In this document: positions 18,079-25,291 of the stretch, piece by piece | Layout of the letters: each line of letters begins with the position of its first letter | How positions within the stretch are numbered: position 1 is the first letter of the stretch | From: Candidatus Nanoarchaeia archaeon | Lineage (GTDB): Archaea > Nanobdellota > Nanobdellia > Woesearchaeales > DSVV01 | Direction: 5' to 3' | DNA length: 44,301 nt | Assembly (NCBI GenBank): GCA_048618745.1 | Contig: JBMCCQ010000002.1 | Location: 1 to 44,301 of the forward strand | Made by a program: the position numbers and the translations under genes | Notes under the pieces: model-generated | Databases searched by the model: none | The model's input: only the letters and a program-made list of their open reading frames with translations | Told to the model about the DNA's origin: nothing

Positions 18079-18908
18079 GATGAATTATCACCTATACAGC
18101 TGCCCTGGAAACAATTCCCCCATCTTCCTCCTTTGCAGCTTTCATAACATCCTGAGCCATCAGATCCATCCTCACACCAGGTGCATTCGCTATCCAGAGT
18201 GCATTGGGCGCAAGAACCCCTTTCCGTACACTCTTCAGGAAGACATTCCATTGCAAGGTCACAATCAGGATCCTCACAGTCAACGTATCCGTCGAGGTCA
18301 TTATCAATATTGTCTGAGCAGTCCTCTCCTGGATATGGTGAGCAGTCGCTTGTATCAATCATGCAATTACTACACTCCAGCTCCCCTGATTCATAGCCAA
18401 AATATTCACAATCCTTGCCCCCGAAATTCGTCCCGTCGCATTCTTCACCCGAATTAATTATTCCGTTTCCGCAGTTTTCATAATCATCCCAGATTGCGCT
18501 TATATTTTCAGAAATTAAAACAACACCTAAGCCTGAACCAACCTCCAGCCATAAACCCCCTTCTCTTGTAGGAATTGAACCCGCCACATCATACTTAAAA
18601 GATGTGTGTTTTTTCCCGCCGTCATTAGAGGATATTTCAATTGTTTTATTTTCTAACGTTATGTTTTCAATATTCTCCGGCAAATTCACAAATATTTTCT
18701 TTTTTGAGCCTACACCTTCCCGGTAAACCTCGTTAGCTGTAGAGTGAATTTTTTCAAGAGCTGACTCTGCCTTTTTTTGACGCATAACAGTTTCATAATT
18801 ATCCATTGCCCTGTCTGAATAGCTTATGATTGCAATCACTACAATTAAGGATACAGCAAGCAATAATATTAATTCTAGACTTCCCTGTGCACGCTTCAAA
18901 CACCCCAC
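18069..18908 (-). CDS. Pilin-like protein with C-terminal Cys-rich module (myxo-type CGNG..GEECD repeat, DNDxDG acidic repeat, PSI-like CxxC...CxWC)
   Basis: N-terminus MGCLKRA/QGSLELILLLAVSLIVVIAIIS. The C-terminal ~140 aa contains about 24 Cys: CGNGIINSGEECDGTN..., DCSDNIDNDLDGYVDCEDPDC, CAQCTLDSECTWCEDG. Confidence 0.7.
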   Translation of the reverse strand: MGCLKRAQGSLELILLLAVSLIVVIAIISYSDRAMDNYETVMRQKKAESALEKIHSTANEVYREGVGSKKKIFVNLPENIENITLENKTIEISSNDGGKKHTSFKYDVAGSIPTREGGLWLEVGSGLGVVLISENISAIWDDYENCGNGIINSGEECDGTNFGGKDCEYFGYESGELECSNCMIDTSDCSPYPGEDCSDNIDNDLDGYVDCEDPDCDLAMECLPEECTERGSCAQCTLDSECTWCEDGSDGSGCYESCKGGRWGNCFQGSCIGDNSSCP

Positions 18909-18914
18909 CTCTTT

Positions 18915-19958
18915 TTAATAAACGTTTTCTTCCGGATAAACAGTTATCCCGTCTGAACTGATTTTTAAAGGGTTAATCTTTGTTGAGTGACTCGTCCCCC
19001 TCATCTTAAATACTTCTATACTTCTCTCTCTGACATCCTCTTTTTTAGTATGATACATATAAATTATTCCTTCCGACTGGAATTCTTCCATTGTTGCTGA
19101 GTATACCTCTGGCTTTACAGTGTGCTCTGATATTAAAAGACTGGTACAATCCCATTTCTTAAGTATTTTGAACAAAGACATTAATGCGCGCCTTCTCTGA
19201 TTTTCATTTTCATAAAGCATAGAAAATGCAGTAATGGAATCAATCACGACCCTTTTTGCATTTATCTCATCAATAACTTCCCTTACAGGCCCGCCTCCAA
19301 TATAAAGTACCCTGTCAACCTGCTCAGGCGAATAATATAGTATTGCCAGCTGCTTGTTCTTTAGCTTCTCTTCTATTCCCCAGTTAAAACGCTTCATGTC
19401 TTCTATCAGGCTTTCAACATCCTCCTCAAATGTTATATAAACTCCCGGCTCACCGTATCTTTCAATACCATTTATAAGTGTCTGCATAGCAAAAATGCTT
19501 TTTCCAGAGCCGGGTCCCCCGCAAACAAGCGTAACTGAATCTCTTATAAGCCCACCTTCAATAAGCTCATCAAAGCCTTCAATACCCGTAGGTGTCCTTG
19601 GAAGGGTAACAGGGGTTTCTTTCACACCCCCCTCTTTTAGTGAATCCTTAACAGTTGACTTTAAAAAGGCCATATCAATTTTTTTATTACTAGGCTCGGA
19701 ACCGGTTTTAATATTTTTCATAATCTCTTGTTTTAATCCTGAGAAGGGTGAATTCTTGCGAGACTTAGAAGACGTTTCATTTTTTATTTCGTTTTTAAGG
19801 CCTGAAAAAGGAGAATTGTTTTTGGCTTTTCCTCCAGTATTCATATCTTTTTGTATATTTTCTTTTAGTCCTGCAAAAGGGGATTTCTTGGATTTTTTCG
19901 CAGACTTGGAATTAGCTTTACTTTTAGTACTTTTTTTGCTTTTCTTTGTGTTTGCCAT
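18915..19958 (-). CDS. KaiC/RecA-superfamily ATPase (ArlH/FlaH-like) with basic N-terminal extension carrying 3x SPF[AS]GLK motifs
   Basis: Walker A GGPGSGKS, Walker B-like RVVIDSITAF, single KaiC-like domain. The N-terminal 110 aa is low complexity with three repeats. Confidence 0.8.
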   Translation of the reverse strand: MANTKKSKKSTKSKANSKSAKKSKKSPFAGLKENIQKDMNTGGKAKNNSPFSGLKNEIKNETSSKSRKNSPFSGLKQEIMKNIKTGSEPSNKKIDMAFLKSTVKDSLKEGGVKETPVTLPRTPTGIEGFDELIEGGLIRDSVTLVCGGPGSGKSIFAMQTLINGIERYGEPGVYITFEEDVESLIEDMKRFNWGIEEKLKNKQLAILYYSPEQVDRVLYIGGGPVREVIDEINAKRVVIDSITAFSMLYENENQRRRALMSLFKILKKWDCTSLLISEHTVKPEVYSATMEEFQSEGIIYMYHTKKEDVRERSIEVFKMRGTSHSTKINPLKISSDGITVYPEENVY

Positions 19959-19961
19959 GGT

Positions 19962-19983
19962 AAAAAATATAAAAAAATTAAAA
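19962..19983 (-). terminator. Oligo-T tracts (T6, T7, T4 on the coding strand) directly after the major pilin stop; candidate partial archaeal terminator
   Basis: Plus-strand A runs at 19962-19967, 19971-19977 and 19980-19983, between the pilin stop (19989) and the KaiC-like ATG (19958). Confidence 0.3.
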
Positions 19984-19988
19984 TTGGT

Positions 19989-20462
19989 TTATTCGGAGTT
20001 ATCGGGGTTAGCACACTCTCCTGTAAGCTGCTCTCCATCACCATCCATTGTGTAACTTGAACCACTTTGCTGGTCCTCATAGGTTATTTCCAATGGATAT
20101 GAGAAACTCTCTCCGGCACTACAATCCAAATCATCGTCCTCTAAGGTAATGGTTGTAGACCCACCTGGCCCTAGTGTCCTTTCTTCACTATTATTAACAT
20201 CATTCAAACTTACATTCTCTACAGTTACTGCATTCCTCAGGTTATTCTTAAGACTGAGAGTAGCATTTCCTCCTTCATTCACCGAATACGATGAAATACC
20301 TATATCCTGGGTGGACCAGTAGGCCTGTGCACCCCTCTCACTGGTACTCTCCCCAATTCCGGGGAATCTTCCCATTGCCACTACAACTACCAGGGCAATT
20401 ACTATCACAACAGCCAGAATAATCAAGTATTCTGTGGCTGTCTGACCTCTTTTTCCTTCCAT
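19989..20462 (-). CDS. Major pilin candidate, class III signal peptide (DUF361-like)
   Basis: MEGKRG/QTATEYLIILAVVIVIALVVVVA, a small (157 aa) Ser/Thr/Asn-rich body, and the strongest SD in the operon. Confidence 0.8.
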   Translation of the reverse strand: MEGKRGQTATEYLIILAVVIVIALVVVVAMGRFPGIGESTSERGAQAYWSTQDIGISSYSVNEGGNATLSLKNNLRNAVTVENVSLNDVNNSEERTLGPGGSTTITLEDDDLDCSAGESFSYPLEITYEDQQSGSSYTMDGDGEQLTGECANPDNSE

Positions 20463-20470
20463 ATTTTATC

Positions 20471-20477
20471 CCTCCTT
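20471..20477 (-). promoter_or_regulatory. Shine-Dalgarno AAGGAGG, 8 nt upstream of the major pilin ATG
   Basis: rc of cctcctt at 20471-20477. Confidence 0.55.
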
Positions 20478-20484
20478 TGTTTTT

Positions 20485-21018
20485 TTATTCAACTTTCTCC
20501 AGTTTATCCACAAACATGCTAAGCTTTTCAATGATGTTTGCTTCATCATTGCCGTCAAGACAAATGAGTATGAATTTAGAGCTTTTTGCTCTCAGCTTAT
20601 TTATTAAATCTTTTGTAAACTTTATAATCATCTGCTCAGGGTTATATATTAACAGAGTTGAAAGGCTGTCAAAAAAGACAAACTTCGGCTCAGAGGCCTC
20701 CACGACCTTGTTTATCGCAATTGAGAGGTTTGTAAGAGCTGAGGGGGACTCAATAAAAAGGCAGTTATCAGCTTGTGGGTCCTCCTTGCCTGTCATTTTA
20801 GTTGAAGTGTCGATAAAAAATATATTATCAGTATTAACCTTTTGTTTTTTAAATGATTCAACCAGCGATTGATAAGGCCGGCTTAATGCTACATATGAAG
20901 ATATATTTTTGCCTAAATAATTTTTGGTAAAGGACCTAACAAATTCCTGGTACTTGTCATGCTTTACTACAAAAAGCATTACCTGATTGTTCTCTATGTC
21001 CTCCTTATAATCCATCAT
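20485..21018 (-). CDS. KaiC/RecA-fold-like protein lacking a P-loop (predicted inactive paralog)
   Basis: FVFFDSLSTLLIY parallels RVVIDSITAFSMLY of the neighbouring KaiC-like ATPase, but there is no GxxGxGKS/T. 4-nt overlap with cheC-like. Confidence 0.4.
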   Translation of the reverse strand: MMDYKEDIENNQVMLFVVKHDKYQEFVRSFTKNYLGKNISSYVALSRPYQSLVESFKKQKVNTDNIFFIDTSTKMTGKEDPQADNCLFIESPSALTNLSIAINKVVEASEPKFVFFDSLSTLLIYNPEQMIIKFTKDLINKLRAKSSKFILICLDGNDEANIIEKLSMFVDKLEKVE

Positions 21019-21638
21019 TCCTTCACTTTTTCATTTATTATTTTTAGTAATGTTTTAAATGACTTGTGCGTCAATAGAAGAATGCTTTGCCCTGAAATTT
21101 CATTTTTGCCAATGTTAAACCTTGTATCAATTTCAATAAGTATCGCATGCTCACTGTCCTTTTTCAAATCAAAAAATACATAATCATATATCTGGCTCCC
21201 AAAAGACGGAACGACTGTAGGTACACTATGCCAGGCATCAACACCAAGGAATTTATTGAGAATCCCTAAGACTTTACCTGCAACCATATTTCCTATCTCA
21301 CCTAAAGTGTTTTTAACATCTTCATTTACAATTTTTGTGGAAGTTGTCCTTCTTTTTTTCAGGGCATCATAAAGATTTAGTGCTGAATCCTTTGGAAATG
21401 CTAGCAAAATGTTGCCTTCCAGGTCTCCTTTTTGAATGTTTGAATAAATACCAAGGTGCATTACGGGCTCTTTTTCAGCATCCGTTTCCTTTTTATCCAG
21501 AGATACTATATCCTTATTTAGAACTTTTAAATCAACCGGGCCGCCGGTAAGTTTACCCATCGTCATTGAGATATGCTGGGAGAACATATTTGTAATCTCC
21601 ATAAGTGCATCTCTTTCAACCTTTGTTAATTTGACCAT
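21015..21638 (-). CDS. cheC: CheC-family (CheC/CheX/FliY) CheY-P phosphatase-like protein
   Basis: First site ERDALMEITN fits D/S-x3-E-x2-N. The second, NTLGEIGN, is a degenerate copy. Size about 200 aa. Start overlaps the cheY stop (TAATG). Confidence 0.65.
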   Translation of the reverse strand: MVKLTKVERDALMEITNMFSQHISMTMGKLTGGPVDLKVLNKDIVSLDKKETDAEKEPVMHLGIYSNIQKGDLEGNILLAFPKDSALNLYDALKKRRTTSTKIVNEDVKNTLGEIGNMVAGKVLGILNKFLGVDAWHSVPTVVPSFGSQIYDYVFFDLKKDSEHAILIEIDTRFNIGKNEISGQSILLLTHKSFKTLLKIINEKVKE

Positions 21639-22024
21639 TAAGTCTGCACCCGCTTTAAGTTGTTTTCAATTGCCTTTGCAAGCTCATCATCTGCAAAAGG
21701 CTTACTAATATACCCTGCCGCACCCAGCCTATTGGCCTCATTCCTTAACTTTTTCTGGTCCAGCGCAGAAACTATTATACAGATGGTATTTGAATATTTT
21801 TCCTTAATCTGCTTTAATACCTCAAGGCCATCCAGTCCATACATGTTTATATCCAGGAATACCACGTCGGAGCCTTCCGAGTCAATAACTTTTAATCCCT
21901 CCTCGCCAGAAGATACAGATTTTATGTTCTTATAGCCGAACTTTTTCAGATTATCAGCTATCAACTTACGCATGAAATCAGAATCATCTATTACAAGAAT
22001 CCTCAGCTCTTCCTTTTTTCCCAT
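21638..22024 (-). CDS. cheY: CheY-like single-domain response regulator
   Basis: LVIDDS (acidic pocket), FLDINM (phospho-Asp), VSA (Thr/Ser), SKPF (Lys). 128 aa with no output domain. Confidence 0.85.
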   Translation of the reverse strand: MGKKEELRILVIDDSDFMRKLIADNLKKFGYKNIKSVSSGEEGLKVIDSEGSDVVFLDINMYGLDGLEVLKQIKEKYSNTICIIVSALDQKKLRNEANRLGAAGYISKPFADDELAKAIENNLKRVQT

Positions 22025-22137
22025 TTTGCAAGACAGTCTCTGGATATACTTATACTTACTTTTAAAGTCATTTCCTGTTTTTATCTTTATAAATTTTATG
22101 GAAATTTTAGTTTAAGAGCTAAATAATTAAGAAATTA

Positions 22138-22329
22138 TTAAAGAACAGCATTCTCAAACTCAAGCTCCTTGTTCTCTTCAAGTAGTTCAAGGGGATTATT
22201 ACATTCTGTACAGATAGTGGTTTCCAGCTCCTCACTCCAGACTGTATTTTTTCCATACTCAATTTTACTTTTGCAGTGTTTGCACTTGGGTTCTAAATAT
22301 GCTGGTGAACTAAAGAAATCCATTTTCAT
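22138..22329 (-). CDS. Small zinc-ribbon protein
   Basis: CKHC...CTEC pairs and a GGGGG SD-like element 3-4 nt upstream of the ATG. Confidence 0.45.
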   Translation of the reverse strand: MKMDFFSSPAYLEPKCKHCKSKIEYGKNTVWSEELETTICTECNNPLELLEENKELEFENAVL

Positions 22330-22429
22330 TTTCCCCCGTTTTTATAATATATGTTATGGTAGTGTTAGTATATAAATTTTGCGTTTTCTATCTCCATATA
22401 AACCATCACCATTTAAAATTATGTATGCA

Positions 22430-22756
22430 TTAAGAGCCTGATTTTACACTAAATCCTTTATTCTTCCAGCCCATAATTCCCGTTTTAAGATGGTAAACAT
22501 TTGTAAAGCCCAAATTCTTCATCATTTGGAGAACATAACTGCTTCTGCTTCCCGTCTTGCAATACAACAAATACTTCTTATTCTTGGAAAGCTTACTTAT
22601 TTGACCTTCAAAATTCTCTGAGTAAAAATCAATATTCAAACCATCGCAGATTCTCTCCTGCTTATTTTCTGACTTGGTTCTAACATCAACAACTATAATA
22701 TCGTGGTTGCCATCCAGCAATTCTTTCGCCTTTTCTGCTGTTACATCCACTAGCAT
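22430..22756 (-). CDS. Single-domain rhodanese sulfurtransferase
   Basis: Active-site loop YCKTGSRS and rhodanese length/layout. Confidence 0.8.
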   Translation of the reverse strand: MLVDVTAEKAKELLDGNHDIIVVDVRTKSENKQERICDGLNIDFYSENFEGQISKLSKNKKYLLYCKTGSRSSYVLQMMKNLGFTNVYHLKTGIMGWKNKGFSVKSGS

Positions 22757-23103
22757 TTATACCTAATTCTCCTGAATTTCTTACAGTTTTTGCAATAATA
22801 GGTAATTGTTTTTCCAGTCAGCCTAACCCTGCAATTAACTCCTGGAATAAATGGAGTATCACAGTACCTGCAGAATTTTCTCCTGTTATGCCTTGAGAAC
22901 CTGATATTGGCTTTCATACCAATTTTTCTTGCAAGCCTGATATATTTTCTGGAAAGTTCGTGGTCCTTTGGATACATTCTACCTGAAAGCTTGACAAGAT
23001 TCTCCATTCTTTGTGTTGCAATTCTTTTAATTCTTTTCTTTTCACTCTTAAACCTTCTTGCCATTGTATCCATAAATTTTTCCTTTTTTAAATATTTTAG
23101 CAT
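22750..23103 (-). CDS. rnp4: RNase P protein component 4 (Rpp21/Rpr2)
   Basis: Basic helical N-terminus plus zinc ribbon CRYC...CKNC. An alternative ATG at 23073 follows AAGGA. Confidence 0.75.
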   Translation of the reverse strand: MLKYLKKEKFMDTMARRFKSEKKRIKRIATQRMENLVKLSGRMYPKDHELSRKYIRLARKIGMKANIRFSRHNRRKFCRYCDTPFIPGVNCRVRLTGKTITYYCKNCKKFRRIRYKC

Positions 23104-23160
23104 TCAGGAGTTAAATGAAAGATAAATTTAAAAACAATTTTTGCTTTCGCAAATATTAAA

Positions 23161-24309
23161 TTGAGCCTGAAATCAATAATAGTGGGTATTGACCCGGGTA
23201 CTACCATAGGCTATGCATGTTTATCTTTGGATGGAATGGTCCTGAAAACCTATTCATCGAAGGAACTGGATATTGCATCTGTTATCCACAACATTTCTAA
23301 AATTGGACTGCCAGTAATTGTTGCCTCCGACAAAAAAAACACACCTGACTTCGTAAGGCAGTTTTCAGCAAAAACTTCTGCCAGGCTGCAAAAGCTTACC
23401 AGTGACATACCTGTAGAGCAAAAAAAAAGCCTGACACGAGAGTTTCACCCCGAAAATGATCATGAAAGAGATGCTCTTGCCTCAGCACTGCATGCATTAA
23501 AAAAGCACAAGCCCCTGATTAATAAGATTAAAAGGTATTGTGCCCTGAATAATAAGCAAAAGATTTTTGATAAAATCTCATATTACGTGCTCTCAAAGAG
23601 GGTTTCTATAAGTCTGGCATCAAAGCTGCTTGAAAACACAGAAGACAAAGAGTTTAAACAGATCAAAACAGAAATTGACACAACCCCCATTGACCAATAT
23701 AAGTTGAGCATTTTTGAAAGCTACAATAAAGTGATTGATGATAATGAGCTATTAAAAACAGAAAACAAGGAGCTTAGGGTTGCCTTGTCCACGGAAAAGA
23801 AAAGAAACCGGCGACTCCTTTCAAAAAGCGCAAAAGACACAATTGATTTTAAGGTTAGAAATAAAACAGAGTATATCCATAAGCTTGAAACCGAGCTTCA
23901 GAATTACAAACACCAGCTAGCCTCCCTGGAAAAAGAGCTTGAAGAGCTTAACAAAGAGATTCCAAAAAACCATATTATCGCAAAAAGAATTGCATGGCTG
24001 GGTAAAAAGCCTTTGCGCGAGAAAAGCAAATATTTCAGTATACTTGCCCATGATATTTTGTATGTTGATGACCCATCTTCAATCAGCCCAGGGGTCCTTG
24101 AAAATTTGAAGGGTAATAATATTACAATAATTGCCAAACATCCTCCTGAAGAATTGAAAAAGCACTTCACAGTTTTAAATGAAGATTCAATTAAAATGCA
24201 CAAAACCAGGCATTTTTGTTTTCTGCAAAAAGAAAGTTTTTTTAATACGCTTAACAATAAAGATATTTTAAGAAGGGTGATTCAAGATTACAGGGAGGAA
24301 AGGCAATAA
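23161..24309 (+). CDS. DUF460-family archaeal protein (RNase H-like N-domain plus coiled coil)
   Basis: IVGIDPGTTIGYACLSLDG RuvC/RNaseH-like start, and a central heptad region. TTG start in the track; a GTG at 23182 is also possible. Confidence 0.65.
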   Translation: MSLKSIIVGIDPGTTIGYACLSLDGMVLKTYSSKELDIASVIHNISKIGLPVIVASDKKNTPDFVRQFSAKTSARLQKLTSDIPVEQKKSLTREFHPENDHERDALASALHALKKHKPLINKIKRYCALNNKQKIFDKISYYVLSKRVSISLASKLLENTEDKEFKQIKTEIDTTPIDQYKLSIFESYNKVIDDNELLKTENKELRVALSTEKKRNRRLLSKSAKDTIDFKVRNKTEYIHKLETELQNYKHQLASLEKELEELNKEIPKNHIIAKRIAWLGKKPLREKSKYFSILAHDILYVDDPSSISPGVLENLKGNNITIIAKHPPEELKKHFTVLNEDSIKMHKTRHFCFLQKESFFNTLNNKDILRRVIQDYREERQ

Positions 24310-24376
24310 AAAGCTGGGTGTTGCTTTATGCAGCGGTGGTGCAAGAGGCTTTGCAAATATTGGTGTTTTAGAAGAG

Positions 24377-25291
24377 TTGCAAAAGCATGGCCTTAAACCA
24401 GACTATATAGCAGGAACAAGCATGGGGGCCATAGTCGGAGCAGCGTACTGCTCAGGTATGCCAATTGAAGATATTAAAGAATTTGCAATTTCCTGTAAAT
24501 GGAGAGATACCTTAAAATTCACCCTTCCAAAATATGGCCTAATTGAAGGTGAATCAATCATCAATTATATGCGCAAAGAGATGAAATTTGGAAGTTTCAG
24601 AAGGTACCAAATTCCATTCAGGGCCATTGCAACCAACTTAGACACAGGTAAGGGTGTTGTGCTTGAAAGTGGAGATTCTGCAAAAGCGGTTTATGCAAGC
24701 ATTGCAATTCCCGGGATTTTTAGCCCCCTTAAATACAAAAAAATGACTCTTGTTGACGGAGGGTTGGTATCTCCACTCCCAACCATGGAAACAAGGGACA
24801 TGGGTGCAGACATAGTGGTAGGAATAGATTTAAGTATGCATCAGGAAGATATCTCGAATAAAAACAGCCACCTTTTTGGATTTTCAAAAGACAGTGAATT
24901 TATGAACAATATGAAAGAAAAATTTAAGGAAAGCCAAAAGGAGCTATTAAAATACTATATATTAGACACCCGTAAATCAATACCTTCTTTTGCCAAGAGT
25001 ACTATTGAAAGATTTATTGACAGATTCTATGACCCTGACAAAATTATTCAAAAAATAAACCGGAGAGAGCAGTTTGAAGTTTTTAATATTCTTTCAAAGA
25101 CTGTTTACATAATGACTAATCAACTGATTTTTGAAAAAGTAAATAACAAACATCATGACATTTTAGTTAAGCCTGGACTTAAAGGAGTAGGCATTTTAAA
25201 TGCAGACCATATTGAAGGAATAATTGCGGAAGGAAGAAAAACTACAGCAAAGAAGATCCCTCAGCTTAAGAAACTACTTCAGACAGCATAA
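24377..25291 (+). CDS. Patatin-like phospholipase (N-terminus unresolved; homology continues upstream to about 24308)
   Basis: GTSMG (GxSxG nucleophile) and DGG (catalytic Asp). The oxyanion-hole motif CSGGARG is encoded in frame upstream of the track start (24329-24349). Confidence 0.8.
   Translation: MQKHGLKPDYIAGTSMGAIVGAAYCSGMPIEDIKEFAISCKWRDTLKFTLPKYGLIEGESIINYMRKEMKFGSFRRYQIPFRAIATNLDTGKGVVLESGDSAKAVYASIAIPGIFSPLKYKKMTLVDGGLVSPLPTMETRDMGADIVVGIDLSMHQEDISNKNSHLFGFSKDSEFMNNMKEKFKESQKELLKYYILDTRKSIPSFAKSTIERFIDRFYDPDKIIQKINRREQFEVFNILSKTVYIMTNQLIFEKVNNKHHDILVKPGLKGVGILNADHIEGIIAEGRKTTAKKIPQLKKLLQTA

Noticed and set aside
18077-18457. Three overlapping ORFs (126, 88 and 71 aa) on both strands inside the Cys-rich pilin gene
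   Set aside because: They are explained by the locally raised GC content and therefore fewer stop codons. Only the 279-aa frame has a class III signal peptide and ordered Cys patterns.
19495-20055. 186-aa plus-strand ORF spanning the KaiC-like N-terminus and the pilin 3' end
   Set aside because: It is antisense to two well-supported genes, crosses their intergenic spacer, and its composition is an artefact of the K/S-rich repeats.
10865-22024. Calling the locus an archaellum (fla/arl) operon because of the FlaI-, FlaJ- and FlaH-like genes plus CheY/CheC
   Set aside because: There is no archaellin-type subunit and no ArlF/G or ArlC/D/E/X-like gene. The platform is split into two TadB/C-type proteins and the subunits are short DUF361-type pilins. 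A pilus of the Epd/Tad type fits better.
22025-22137. Specific promoter call upstream of cheY
   Set aside because: Several AT-rich TATA-like candidates (for example tttataaa at 22087-22094, acttttaaag at 22059-22068) are present at different spacings. I cannot choose among them from sequence alone.
23161-25291. Patatin plus a nuclease-fold DUF460 as a defence (CBASS-like effector) island
   Set aside because: No cyclase, sensor, or other defence-associated genes are nearby. The flanking genes are translation and RNA housekeeping genes (Rpp21, NMD3, Dph6), and DUF460 is a conserved archaeal core-type gene.
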